Shown: one piece after another, positions 1-12,573 of the stretch
Layout of the letters: each line of letters starts with the position of its first letter
Numbering within the stretch: position 1 is the stretch's first letter
The notes under the pieces: generated by a model
The model's database searches: none
Seen by the model: only the letters and a program-made list of their open reading frames with translations
Told to the model about the DNA's origin: nothing
Made by a program: the position numbers and the translations under genes
Source of the DNA: Fistulifera solaris
Lineage: Eukaryota
Direction of reading: 5' to 3'
Assembly (NCBI GenBank): GCA_030295235.1
Contig: AP026147.1
Coordinates: 124,001-188,000 of the forward strand
Length of the DNA stretch: 64,000 nucleotides

Positions 1-1965
1 ACGAATTGAGCTTTTGTATACCTGCAATGCACCGAAACAGACACTGAGGTAAGTAAATGCTACATAAGCAACAAAAAGAAGGCCCGCGAGCTTCAAATGG
101 ACCCCGAATCAATATCTCCATGGTGACTTACCTCTCAACAGCGCTTTCTGCGAGCGATAACAAAAATATACTGTATCCAAACATTCTGTATCGTATATCT
201 CGTATCATACATAGAGTGTAGGCACGTAAGTGTCAGTACGAAAGCTACATACGCAAGTCTTGGTACTCAAAATCACGTACAAAATTCTACAGCGTCAATA
301 CATTTTTCACACAATCTTTGCTTTGAAACGCAAATCACACCATGGTGTCTTCTTGCTCTCAAATCAACGCTTTTTCCTCTGATATGCTTTCGCATCATCA
401 CCAATCGACTCCTGATCGTCCCGGTTATCGTGAAATGGCGCAGACTGCCGCGCCTCTCACTCCTCGTACGATCAAAACTCCAGTTCCTCGCATGCGCTCG
501 AGTGCTCATCATCGTCGTCGTTTGTTGACGCCTCAAAGTGGCTTTCGTGAAGATCTGGATCGCTTCATTCCGTCTCGTGGTCGCATGAACATCGACTTGT
601 GTCGTCGAAAGTTGAATTCTGTCTCGAAACCTCGTGAATCGTCAAGTAATTCTTCCTCCGGTCCTCCTTCCGCAGCTCGTTCGACAAAGCTCGCTTACGA
701 GAAGCATTTGCTGAGTACGTTATGCAATGTTTCTGCGAATGATCTTGATGATGAACTGCAATTGAAGTCTATCTTCCAGTACGGTAATGTTTCGTCTTCC
801 GAGATGCACAATCGTCGTCCTATCGTTGCTGCGGACCCTTTCGCGATGGACTTCTTGCGGTCCTCCACGTTGTTAACGGCGGAGAAGGTCAGCGCAACTC
901 CCGCTCGTGTTATCCATTGTCGTCCTGAGGTTGTCCTTGATGCACCGGATATTGTGAATAACTTTTACGCTCATCCGCTCAGCTGGAGCAAGGATAATGT
1001 TCTCGCAATAGCGCTCGGGTCGGTCGTTTACCTCATGAACGTGTCTACCGAAGCAGTGCACGAGCTGGTCGATTTGAAAACGGTGTCTCACAGCCGAAGT
1101 GAGACTTCAAACCACGTTCGGGCAGTGAAGTGGTGCACAGTGAAAGGATTGACACACTACCTAGCTGTGGGAACCGACTCGAGTTCGATTGTACGACACC
1201 ATTTGCAAGAAGGAAGTTCATACTTCTCTCAGAGTTGGAGGAGGTACGGTTCACGCGCTTTCCTGGAATGATGCTATGCAATGGTTGACAGTCGGCGACC
1301 ATACGGGAAAGATTGTGAGCCTTGATTGGCGTAGCCGTTCGATGACAGGAATGACTCGACGCGGACCACCGTCATCGTCAATGTCGTCTTCAGTATGCAA
1401 CCTTGCATGGAATCCTGCAGGCACAAGTCTCAGCGAGTGGACGAGGCGATAACACAGTTCACCTGTGGGATGCTTCTATGATGAGGAGTCTCCAAGTAGG
1501 CGGCGCTCCCCGTCTTGTATTGGAATCGCACACGGCGGCTGTCAAGGGACTGGCTTGGTGTCCCTATCGTAGTGACGTACTTGCCAGTGGGGGCGGAACC
1601 GCAGATCGTTGCATCAAGCTGTGGGATACCTGCTCAGGACGTATGATACACAGTGCCTGTGCTGGAAATCAAGTATCCTCGTTGATCTGGGGCCAGCACC
1701 ACCAGGAGCTTTATTCCGGTCACGGCTTCACGGACAACGAAGTCGTGGTCTGGAGCTACCCTAAGATGCAACGCATTCAGACGTTGTCGTATCACAAAGA
1801 TCGCATCTTGTCAATGGAGTTGAGCCCCGATGGCAACCGGTTGGCATCGATAGGCGCCGATGAGAATTTGTGCCTCTGGAAAATTGATGCCGCTTCACCT
1901 CGTCCTCGTACAGCCGTGTCAGCCTCCCCATCCTTCGGTCCTCAATTCACCATCCGCTGAAAGAA
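1..1965. repeat. Left arm of a ~2-kb near-identical inverted segmental duplication (partner arm ~18005-19975)
   Basis: Bases 1-200 and the CDC20 CDS match the reverse complement of 18010-19975 almost base for base. Confidence 0.93.
342..1960 (+). CDS. CDC20: CDC20/Fizzy-family APC/C co-activator, copy 1 (two frameshifts near 1183 and 1430; assembly error or young pseudogene)
   Basis: C-box DRFIPSR, VLDAP, WD40 repeats with HTAAVKGLAWCP..LASGGGTADRCIKLW, ADENL, C-terminal IR tail (FTIR*). Three ORF pieces join when aligned to intact copy 3. Confidence 0.88.
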
Positions 1966-2442
1966 GTGTCTATCGTTCATTACGATTTGTTGACGTTTGC
2001 ATATTATGTGCTAGTTATTGTCATTCAAACTCCACTCACACTCAATCGCCATCCAGAAAAGTAGTCTCTAGATTTTACTCCGTATTAATCATCATTGTTT
2101 TGTCTCGAATTGATTTTGGTGTTTCATTAGATGATGGTAGACTACAATTAGATAAAGCACAACGCAGTTACCGCATTGTCTACTATACGAGGATTCGCTT
2201 GTGGCCCGGCAACTCAAGCAATAAGAGAACTAAAATAACCACTCACACCTTGTCTTCTCAGCTTACGTGGCATTCGTCTTCGACCGCACATCATTGACAG
2301 CATCATTGCTAACCTGATAATCGATAAATTCATTCTCAAAGATTCTCCATACATCTTTTTAGTGTTAACGCAATGTGCAATTTACATTTATGAAACATTT
2401 CGCCTCATGTTTCGTCTTAGTGCTCAGAAGACATCGAGCAAT

Positions 2443-4811
2443 CTAATTTTGAATGAGACTGCTAATCATTCCGAGCAATGCATCATCATCTAGATCGAAT
2501 TCTGCCCCGATATTGTCGATATCGGTGTCAAGCTCTCCCATCTCGATCGCCTGGGCCTCATGTTGCAACTCAATTTCCATTCTTTTGGTCGCGTCTCTTG
2601 CCCTCTCGGCCGCCACACAAGGGCTACATGCCATTAGAACAAAACCTTGACATCCTCGGCAAGCACACAAGAGAGTCTCACCCAAGTCAACAATAGGTGC
2701 AGAGGCGTCTGTACTGGTTAGATTAGGCCGAGGAATTCCATGGCACCGGAGCTTTACTGGCAACTTTCGTCGATGAATCGTAAGTAATTTACGGATGGCG
2801 ATAAAGGTATCCAACACTTCCTCAAACATAGCAACTTCCATGTCTTCTACTTGGCCCGACTGTTTCATGGCATGCATCGCGTTCAGTAGGTGGCACAGTA
2901 AAATGGTTGCGTTCGTTACCATGTGATACGTGGGACCGGCATGGTGTAACAAGAACGGGTTCGCAACAGCCGTGTTGCAAACAGAAAGTAAACTTTGAAT
3001 TTGGCTGTCGGTAAAACCAGTACCTCCATCTTCGTCGCTGTTTTCCAAGAAAGCATCCATTGCCGAAATTACCATCTGATGCCCCTCACTATGATGCCGC
3101 CCTCTCGTAGATGACTCTTGCTGCTGCATCAAGGTGTACGCAGAAAGAACCATGTTACGGCTGCAAAGTTCATTCTCGTGATGCATGACGGCGGTGGCTG
3201 TCGGGGTGAGGATCGTCGCTTGTGGAATCATGTTGTCCGACTGAGTACCTTCAGATTTCATCATCTGGGCGAAGCGACTATTGGCTTGATCACAACAAGA
3301 ACGAACAGCGCACGCTAAAGCATCTAAAGAACGCGCATGAGGCGGTGCCTCATTGTTAAGATAAACCGGTGGGGCTCCTTGAATCCAGTTTTTGTTCTTG
3401 GGATCAGATACGACGGCTGGTACACTAGTCTTTGTGTTGTATTTCATTTCAATTGGGTTCACCATCCCGTTGCTAGCACATCCAGAAGGCGGAGGCAAGG
3501 TGCGGTCCACATCCGGTACCTTTGATTCATTGCCGTTATAAATCATGTACGCCCAGGCATCTAAATAGGAGATGGCAGATGTCAAAGTTGCTGTTCTGCT
3601 GCTATTCTGTGACGCATCGCCAAGCGTCAGAAAAACTATAACGAATTGCGCACAGTTAAACTCAGTATCAAGCACAACTTACCTCCAGCTTCCCCAAGTA
3701 CGTCATGCAAACCCGACGGTACTTAAAGTAACGAGCCATATCCCCACGACACGCCCGAAAGACTCCCAAAAGGAAGTACGCTTTCGACACCTCCAACATG
3801 ATAGGTGTTTGAACAGGTTCTTTCACAGACTCGCGCAAACAGTGTACCACCGCATTGCATAATTCCATGGCTAGACTAATCTCGTTGTGCACCATGGCCC
3901 CCAAGGCGATTTCGGCAAAGCGCGCCGCTGACAAGGCGGCCAAGTGAGTGCCCGGGATCATGCGAGGCGTCATTCCGGGTATATTCAAGCGCAAGCAGTA
4001 CTCTTCATCGGTCGGTGTTGGAGGCAAACGAAAGAGTTCATCAATGGATAGTTTGAAGTAAGAGAACAAACGCGATCCATCTGGATCGTTCCGATCCAAC
4101 AAATGCGTGTGATCGCTCACGGTGCGAGGAACTCCACCCGGTGCACTCGGAACATCTTCCATCTTCATTCGGCGCGCCGATCGTTCGCTAACTTCCGAAG
4201 TGTCCATCATGTGCGGTTGCTGTTGTTGCTGTTGATGATGCTGCAACGACATCTGCTGCTGTTGTAAAGGCAATTGCTGCTGGAGCTGCATTTGTCTCAT
4301 CAGATTGAACTGATTTAAGATATTGCCATCCAAACCACCCGTGAAGGACGACATGATCGGTTGCTGCTGTTGCGATATGAGGTCTGTATTCCAATCAAAG
4401 TTGCTGCCACCGGTCATGTTGACGTTGTTGTGATGCCCACCGTTCACATCGTTCAAAGAACGTGCTTGAGAAGGAGTACGCCCGGGGACCGGGCCTCGAC
4501 GTTTCGCCGGAGAATAGACGCATTCAAACGCAGCGTCGGGTACACCTTCGACACTATTCAGTGTTTGAATCGCAAGAAAAAGGAAACCGTGAGAATAAGG
4601 AGATAACATTTCGTGTCAAAAGCGGGAAAGATACGCTTCTCAACATGATTCACAATGGCTGTATTTACCTCGTGACTTTGTACTTTTTCATATACTTCGC
4701 CACACAATTCCCACAGGGACGTTTTCCGTCGCATTTCGTTTTACGCGATCGACAGCGATCACAACTCGCGCATAGCTTTTCATCATCTTGCTGCTTGTTA
4801 AGATCGTCCAT
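2443..4811 (-). CDS. Zn(II)2Cys6 binuclear-cluster transcription factor; introns 4554-4668 and 3607-3682
   Basis: Exon 1 (missed by the ORF track) reads MDDLNKQQDDEKLCASCDRCRSRKTKCDGKRPCGNC, spliced to ...FECVYSPAKRRGP; Q-rich region follows; both GT-AG introns restore frame. Confidence 0.85.
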
Positions 4812-5544
4812 GATTCTCAACAATAAGCTTTTGTATCTGTGATTCCTTGTAGCTTCGTATCAGAAGCACGCTTCGACTCTTTAAAGGGATCCAACCACAG
4901 CAATGCTTGCATATAGATCGTTCCGATGCACGTCAATCGTTTGCTGAAACGTACTTTGGTTTGGAATATTCAATATTCAAAATCAAAATAGCGGAGTAAA
5001 TAAAACACCGCAGCAACACTCGTATCCTTGTGACCGGAAAAAGACTGCGAAGGCCATCGATGCTTTTGCCTCTTGCTTCGTCGTGGAAGCGCGTTCCGCG
5101 TTTCCTGCTCGTAGTACTCTATCTATTACAGTGGTAGTGTCGGACTGGCGACGAACAATCAGCGAAAATGAGTTCCGTTTCCGTTTGAAGGTCAACGAAC
5201 AATTTGCAGTACTCTCACAACCATACCCGAAGGATAGTTTCTGTAGTTTCGTTCGTCTTTGTTGCTACTATCCACTGAAAGTTATCTCTTAGTTACAAAT
5301 CGTCTTATGACGTCAAATGACTCGTTGTACTCTCTTTATGACAGTAATGAATTGAGAGGGGGAGTTCTTTTCCCATCACAAGACTTTCGCACTTTTTCGA
5401 CTTCACAAAATTTGTCTGTTGCAACGACGACAAGCAACTTGGCCACCAAAAACGCCGGACTGCTTCTATAAGCGCCCCCTGACCACATAAATGAACCATG
5501 AGTGCGTGAAAAGGCATTTCACCGTCATTCATGCAACATTTAAC

Positions 5545-7684
5545 ATGAGATCGCGCCATTGGCTATCTCGCTTGTCGTTCGCCGTACTCTTGGTTCGATC
5601 GACGCGAGCGCAATCCGAAAATGCGACCTGTGTTTGTTCTCCGCGCGTCTACGATATCACGCTCGATTTTTCCAGAACATGCAACGACAATAGTGGATAC
5701 GGCACTGGAGTTCAAGAGACGCGATGTAATATTGTGCCTTTGATGATCCGAGTGACACCGATTTGGTCCCCGAACTGGTCACTCTGATTGATGTGTCGGA
5801 ACTGGGACAGAATTTACAATCTGTGGTAGGTTCACAGCGGCTGACTGGGAAATATGAAAATGGAGCTACCATTACAATATCTTCGGTGAGCGACAAGCAG
5901 GATGACTTGGACATGAACGATCTACCGAAGGCATTTCAGATGAGCATGATCGGTGTGAATGCGAACGGAGGCACTATCGTTTTTTCTGCACTTATTATTT
6001 ACACTGGCAGTTGTGATGATTATCCAGTGCTTCTCTTTGGTACATCGAATGGGTGGGCCTTGCTGGTAAGTACCTGGAATGTTTTGATTTTGGCTTCAAA
6101 AGCACTATTCGCCCTCACGTCACCACATTCAACGCTTTTTAAAAGACGGAGCAAGTGGGCCCTCATGCCGATCTTTGTCCCGCAGCAGACAGTACAGGTT
6201 CGTCGTCACCAGCACCCTCCATTGCTTTGACGTTGCCGCCAGTCTCGGACGCAACCGGCATCCCTACAGTAGCACCGATCGGCAGCCCGTCAGAGACAAC
6301 ATTAACGCCATCGATCGCACCAGCTGTATCAAGAACACCCATTGGAGCTCCGAGTTCTTCCACACCCGTCCCAGATAGTCCCACGCCTATGCCCGTAACG
6401 TCGATGACTTCAGCTCCTACCACTCTAGCGGGTACGTCAATACCAAGCCCACTGTCACAGGAAACGCCAGCTCCTACCACCACATTGGGCACCTTGATTC
6501 CCACGCAGTTGTCACAAGAGACGCCAGCTCCGACCGCCACATCGGGAACGTCGATCCCAACACAGATGTCTCAGAAGACAGCAACTCCTACCACTATAAC
6601 GGGCACTTTGGTGCCTAGCCAACTTTCACAAACAACAAGTAGACCTACGATGGCACGGACACAGATCCCAACAATGGCTCCGGTCAAGGAATCGACGCCG
6701 GGAAAAAAGAAAATGGTATGTACGCATATCAAAAAAGACAGACAAAGCAAGAAAAGCAAGAAAGTCAGCAAGAAAGACAGCAAGAGTGGTAAGGGCGGTA
6801 AAGGCAGTGAAATGAGCGACCACGTTAGCGAGAGCGGTAAAGGAAGTCAAAGTAGCAGTAGCAGTAGCAAGAGCGGCAAAAAAGGCAAAAAGAAAAGAAA
6901 CAAACGGAAAAGGAAGAAAAAGAGCAAAACAAGTGAAATCGAGTGGGGAAATATTTGGTCGAAAAGCGGCAAACGTCGATTACTGAATGAGATGGAGAAA
7001 CGTGAAATTTACTTTCGAGTTCACGGCGATGTATTTCGAGATCGAGTGGTGGATATTTCTACAAACAACTCTACTTCGCTGACTCCTCCAGGCGTCCTCG
7101 AGGAAAAAGAATATGTTGCAATCTACAAAGAAGTCTTCAAAGACGTGGAATGTTATGAGATTGATGTCGAGTCGGATGGATTACCCCCAGCTTTTTCTCC
7201 AGGCGCAGAGATGCCCAGCCCGAAGAAACCCAACTTGTCTTCCAACGCTCCTGTATCACTTTCTCCTATTGCTGCACCGCTACCGACCCTCAATTCGTCT
7301 TCTAGCGCCGCTCCCGCTATCGGGTCTACTGCAGCCCCAACTTTAGCCGTCATGACGACTCCTTCCGCGAGTCCAACCAATGTGACCGACTCTTTCGATA
7401 ATCTCGTGTTAGAGCGCGCCAACATGACGTTGGAGGATCGTTCCAGTATGGTCAACACTACGGGGACCGCAGCGCCTCAGCGTCACCGCACAATACTGAT
7501 TCATGCATGGGTTATCTTGGCTACGTTTGTGGGTGGAACCCTTTTGATGAGTGGGTTACTGATACGATGGTACGGTCCCCGGAAGCCCATGTGGCATATA
7601 CGGATACCGAGTACAGCGAGCGGTAGTGGCAAAGACGAGAGTGTCGAAAGTCGATTGACCGATGACAAACGAATGGGGGTGTAG
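5545..7684 (+). CDS. Secreted/type I membrane protein with Cys-containing N-terminal domain, Pro/Thr/Ser repeats and Lys/Ser-rich KxxK block (silaffin-like features); intron 6066-6145, frameshift near 5745
   Basis: Signal-like N-terminus MRSRHWLSRLSFAVLLVRSTRA, CVCSP..C domain, 19-aa repeats, KSGK motifs, RRL site, hydrophobic TM segment near C-terminus. Confidence 0.75.
6431..6655 (+). repeat. Four degenerate 57-bp (19-aa) coding tandem repeats, GT(S/L)IP(S/T)QLSQETPAPT
   Basis: Visible in translation of ORF 6155-7684. Confidence 0.8.
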
Positions 7685-7825
7685 ATAGTAGAGGGTATAA
7701 TATAAACAAATAATTAAAGTCATCATTATTAGCAATTGTTTGTTAAAGGACATTTTGCTGCACTGTAATCACGTTTTTAAAAGATCAAGCGAATAAATCA
7801 TTCTTCTCTTTTGCTTCTTTTGGAG

Positions 7826-8722
7826 TTAAAAGATAACCCAGTTGTCCTTGTTGTAGCCGGCTTGCTCCAACGCGGGCAAGCAAGCAAATTTGATCATGGG
7901 TGCTGGACCACACAGGAAGAATTGAGTCTGTGATTTGTTGGTATCCTCAGCAAATACCAAATGCTGTTCTACCATTTCGGGTGTAATAAATCCGGTACTG
8001 TACTTCCACCCCTGTGCCGGTGGACGATCCAACGTATACCACAACGAAAAGTGTTGTGGGAATTGCTGTTGCAAATGCTCCAATTCCTGTCGTACCAAAA
8101 TATCATCTTCCGTTTGATTCGCGTAAATCAGTTTGACTTTCAACGATGGTGTTGGATCAGCAAAAATGGCATGCAAAAGTTGCAGCATGGGAGTAATTCC
8201 CGTCCCTCCGGCCATCATGCCGACATATTGACACGTTCGCTGTTCGAGTGGTTTTCCCAACGGCTTGACGGAGAATTGTCCGGCAGACAACCACTCAATA
8301 TGACCTTTCGGTCCTTTCATGGCAATGGTATCTCCGATCTGCAATGCATCCAAATGCTGCGACAAGGCCCCTCCCGTGGGAAATTTTGGGGGTGCCGGTG
8401 GATAGACTTTGACCACGAGAGAAAATTCACCGGGCACCGATTGTTGCGTCGGCGTATAACTGCGTTGGACCCAGGTTGCGTCGGCTTGTTGAAAGCGCAA
8501 GGCGACGTGTTGGCCGACGGGCAATCCGAGGACAGCATCGGGTCGAGGCAAAGCAAATGTAAAGCGACGTGTATCATGCGATAAAACTTCTTTGCGAATC
8601 AAAGGAACATGTACGAAATCGTCGAGTGGTAATATCTTGGAGGGTCGCCGGACGAGTTGATAGAGATAGACGGAGCTGAGAAGAATGGTTATCGCCACAA
8701 GAATTCCAATCCATGCGGGCAT
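7826..8722 (-). CDS. CYB5R: NADH-cytochrome b5 reductase, N-terminally anchored
   Basis: HDTRRFTF, LGLPVGQH, RSYTP, GGTGITPM, CGPAPMI motifs; start at MPAWIGILV (hydrophobic anchor). Confidence 0.93.
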   Translation of the reverse strand: MPAWIGILVAITILLSSVYLYQLVRRPSKILPLDDFVHVPLIRKEVLSHDTRRFTFALPRPDAVLGLPVGQHVALRFQQADATWVQRSYTPTQQSVPGEFSLVVKVYPPAPPKFPTGGALSQHLDALQIGDTIAMKGPKGHIEWLSAGQFSVKPLGKPLEQRTCQYVGMMAGGTGITPMLQLLHAIFADPTPSLKVKLIYANQTEDDILVRQELEHLQQQFPQHFSLWYTLDRPPAQGWKYSTGFITPEMVEQHLVFAEDTNKSQTQFFLCGPAPMIKFACLPALEQAGYNKDNWVIF

Positions 8723-9239
8723 TTTTGTGATAGAATCGATTCGTATAGCGCGCGATAGAAGACAATGTGGCAATTTGCAGCAACTTGATAAAATAGTGAG
8801 AAATGAGCTTGACGTCTCGAAATACTCTCGATCTCCACGCGACGACACTTTTCTTGTCAAGATTTTGCCGATGAAAATGAGGGCAAAAGTGGGACGAATG
8901 ACGTTCGGTCTTCCGACAAACTGACAGACGAATGGTACAGACAGACGTACGGACGTGATTACGTACTTTTGTCTTAGTACTCTTTGATCCATACAGAACA
9001 CAGACACGACATCAACCGCGACACATCGTCCTTTTTTTTGCTTACGTCGTTCGAATGATGGCGTTCATCGACCTTTTTTTTCTTCTTCGTCGTCTTCATT
9101 TTTGTTTTTCTCCTTTCCTTCTATTTTCATTGCGGAGAACAATTTGAAGTTTAAAAACATTAAATTATAGACTAGACAATCTACTTGTCAACGACAGTAT
9201 TCATTCTTTCGCAATAATTTACCCAATAATCTATAAAAA

Positions 9240-10463
9240 ATGACTGCCATTCGCTTCTTGGTCGTCGTCATGACATTCCTATTCCCTTCCGCCTATGCTT
9301 GGGTTCCCTCACGCATGACCACCACTTCCTACCGCATGGCTTCCGTCGAAGAGGATATTTCTACTACTACTAAAACAGCAGAAGAAACATTACTCCCCGA
9401 ATTCGCTCAAGCGCTCGAAATGGCACAAACGAAATTGCTGCAAAGCATTTCTCCCGAAATGAAGACTAAACTATCGTCTTCTTCGATGCTCCCCTTATTG
9501 CAACACTTCTTGCAAGAATACATGACGGCCAGTCAAAAGGCTTTTCTCGATGGACAAACCGAAGTGTGTCATCCGCAACAAGTCGTACAACGCATTTTGA
9601 CCGCCATTCAATACGGCTTTCAGTTTGGGATGGGTCCCAACAAGTACCAATTCGATGTGTCGCATACGGCCTTGCGGGGTACGGAAGAGGGGAATACGGT
9701 AGATTATTACGCATTCGGCTGTGATTTCTTCCGGCCCGTCATGAATTTGAAAAAATCGCAAGTGTTGGGCAAAGACAATCTACAACAAGCCATGGAGCAA
9801 TTGCAACGCGGAGAAAATGTCGTCTTGCTGGCGAATCATCAATCGGAAGCGGATCCACAAGTCGTGTCGGTGTGTTTGGAATTGGCCGGATATGCCCAAC
9901 AAGCGGCCGACATGGTCTATGTGGCGGGACACAAGGTCACGACCGATGCTTTGGCCATTCCCTTTTCCATGGGACGCAATCTCATTTGCATTCATTCCAA
10001 GAAACACATCAATGCCGATGCGGAAACAAAGCCATTGAAACAGAAACAAAACTTGAAAGCCATGAGTGCCATGCTCAAATCCTTCAAGGAAGGAGGAACT
10101 CTGTTATGGGTAGCTCCGTCGGGAGGCCGGGATCGTCGGGACACGGCGACCGGAGCAGTGCCGTGCGCGCCCTTTGATAGTAAAACCATTGATATGTTCC
10201 GCCTCATGGGCAACAAATCGGGTGTACCCACACATTACTATACCTTGGCCATGGTGTCGTACGATTTGTGTCCGCCACCGGATTACGTCGAAGCCGGTAC
10301 GGGGGAACAGCGCAATGTGCGCTATGTGCCCGTCGGCATTCATATGGGGCAAGAACTCGAAAGTGTCGGTGGATTGGAGTCTCGGAAAGACTTTTGTGCG
10401 CATGCCTACGAGCAATGTGTGGCCGATTACGAAACGTTGTTGCAGGCCATGCAAGAAGATTGA
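9240..10463 (+). CDS. ATS1: Plastid glycerol-3-phosphate acyltransferase
   Basis: NHQSEADP (HxxxxD), PFSMGRNL, APSGGRDR; signal peptide ending SAYA-WVP, like diatom plastid-targeting motifs. Confidence 0.93.
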   Translation: MTAIRFLVVVMTFLFPSAYAWVPSRMTTTSYRMASVEEDISTTTKTAEETLLPEFAQALEMAQTKLLQSISPEMKTKLSSSSMLPLLQHFLQEYMTASQKAFLDGQTEVCHPQQVVQRILTAIQYGFQFGMGPNKYQFDVSHTALRGTEEGNTVDYYAFGCDFFRPVMNLKKSQVLGKDNLQQAMEQLQRGENVVLLANHQSEADPQVVSVCLELAGYAQQAADMVYVAGHKVTTDALAIPFSMGRNLICIHSKKHINADAETKPLKQKQNLKAMSAMLKSFKEGGTLLWVAPSGGRDRRDTATGAVPCAPFDSKTIDMFRLMGNKSGVPTHYYTLAMVSYDLCPPPDYVEAGTGEQRNVRYVPVGIHMGQELESVGGLESRKDFCAHAYEQCVADYETLLQAMQED

Positions 10464-10907
10464 GTTTGTCGTTCGTATACATACAGAATAAAAGAAGAAT
10501 AAGTAATTACTGAATTGAATACATTTAACATATTAGTCAATACGATCAGGTGTCATTGGGCAACGTTGCGCAGTCTTGTTCGGGTTGACCGACACTAGTA
10601 GTCTACTCCGTGCGTAACACCTCTAGAATCAGTAACTTAAAAGGAAGATATGATGTACGAAAAACACACTTTACTTTATTTGCTAGGGAGATGGTAAAAG
10701 AAAGGAGCAAGACAGTACGAAATTGACACTAGGCGGGATAAAAGTGGAACAAATTGTTAATGTGACGACGACGGAAAACGATTCAAACTGCGACGGAACG
10801 TGGAAGTCAACGACAAACGAAACCCAGTCTCAACGTGCAATACGGAAAGAGATCGAAAGAGAGAGATAAGGGGACCGACAACTAGCACAGATCGAAAGAT
10901 CGCAAAA

Positions 10908-12170
10908 CTAGTCAAGAAGTGCGAACAAACTTTCCAGCGAATCGGACCTGAAACGTTTGGATGGACGATGAAGATGACCTTCGCATTCGTTAACGCCGCC
11001 ATTATCCAGTGGCGACAAAAGATCTGCGAATAGTTCATCCTCTTCGAGGTTTGTCATCGACTTTTCGCAAAGGGCATCGTTTTTCTGGATGAAATTTTTA
11101 GCTTGAAGGCTATGAGACGAACTCGAAACTTCCGAACTCAAATCCAAATTCCAGAACCAACGATTCCAAGGAACTGTTTTCAGCTTCAAAGAGATGAGCT
11201 TCCTTTTCGTCTTGTTCCGTGCTATGCGGTTTGAGAGCAGGCTGACCCCGAGTGTCATTTGCAATGAACGCAGCGCCATGAGCGTCGATGTCATCAGCGA
11301 GCTCCGGGACACTGTCCTCGTCCTCATCCTCGTCGATACAAATCACTTCATTGCGGAGCGTCGCAATTCGTCCTCCCAGCTCTGCGGTACAGGCAACTAT
11401 CTGAGATGGCATCACGCCGGTACTCTCGACCAGCTCGTCAATCGCCGCCCAACTAGGAGAGGAACTGTAATCGTTGTTCTTCATCCAATCCACCAGCTTG
11501 TCAATCTGCCATTTCTGGAGATAAGGATCTTGACTACCATTGGCAGCACCAAAAAGTACCGGTATCTGATTAGAAGAGAAATCGCGACGATCACGAGACG
11601 CAAATGCACGGGGTGGTTGCGGATGATCTGCTAAAAAGGAGCCCCCTTCGGAACTTTCCGGCTCTTTTTTGCAGCAGCATCGTCCTCATTCACGACCGAG
11701 TAGGAACGTTTGCGAGACACCAAAGCCGTAGCCGTAGCATCAGCAACTGCTGTAGTTTCAAGTGTGTCAACTGAAGCTGCGGCAGAATTGGTACGCTTAC
11801 CGGTACCGCGGCGACGATCAGAAGGTGCACGTGAAACCGCGACGCCCTGTAGAAAACCGCTCAAATCGCTCCGCTCCTCTCGTAAAATCTTCTCACAATC
11901 GTCTATGAGCGCGTCAGTGATAGGAAATACACCGCGACGGACGCAAGAACGATCCTGACCCTGCAATGACTTCAGTTTCTCGCCAAACGAAAGGACAATC
12001 GTCTCCGTTTCCTCAACAGACAGTCTGCTCGCTGCAAGCCGCTGCTTCGATTTCCAAGAAAGCCCGTGCAATACGCGGAATTCTTCTTTTAATTTCATCA
12101 CTTCACTATCAAAATGAATCAAGGTCAGCATAGCTTCGTGACGAAGCATACAATCTGTGCTTTCTGTCAT
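10908..12170 (-). pseudogene. Degenerate TALE-like homeodomain gene divergent from CDC20 copy 2 (frameshifts near 11635, 11600, 11140; functional status unclear)
   Basis: Frame of ORF 11110-11493 extended upstream reads LQKWQIDKLVDWMKNNDYSSSPSWAAIDELVESTGVMPSQIVACTAELGGR, matching TALE helix 1-3 spacing; helical N-terminal domain; paralog at 20030-21081 shares start MTESTDCMLRH and end ESLFALLD*. Confidence 0.55.
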
Positions 12171-12573
12171 GATATAGGTTGTTTTTGTTTTACTTTTGCT
12201 TATTGCTGCGGACGTTCACAATGCAATGAGTTGAGCTTTAAAAAACCTAAAAAGCACCGAAACAGACACCGAGGTAAGTAAACGCTACATAGGTAACAAA
12301 AGAAGGCCCGCAGGCTTCAATTGAAGCCCGAATTGACCCCCATGGTGACTTACCTTTCAACACGGCTATTCGTTCGAAAAGTCAGCGAGCAACAACTAAA
12401 TTATACAGTACCCATACATTCTGTATCGTATCGTATCATACATAGAGTGAAGGCACGTAAGTGTCAGTACGAAAGCTACATACGCAAGTGGTGGTACTCA
12501 AAATCACGTACAAAATTCTACAGCGTCAATACATTTTTTCTTACAATTTTTGCTTTGAACCGCAAATCACACC

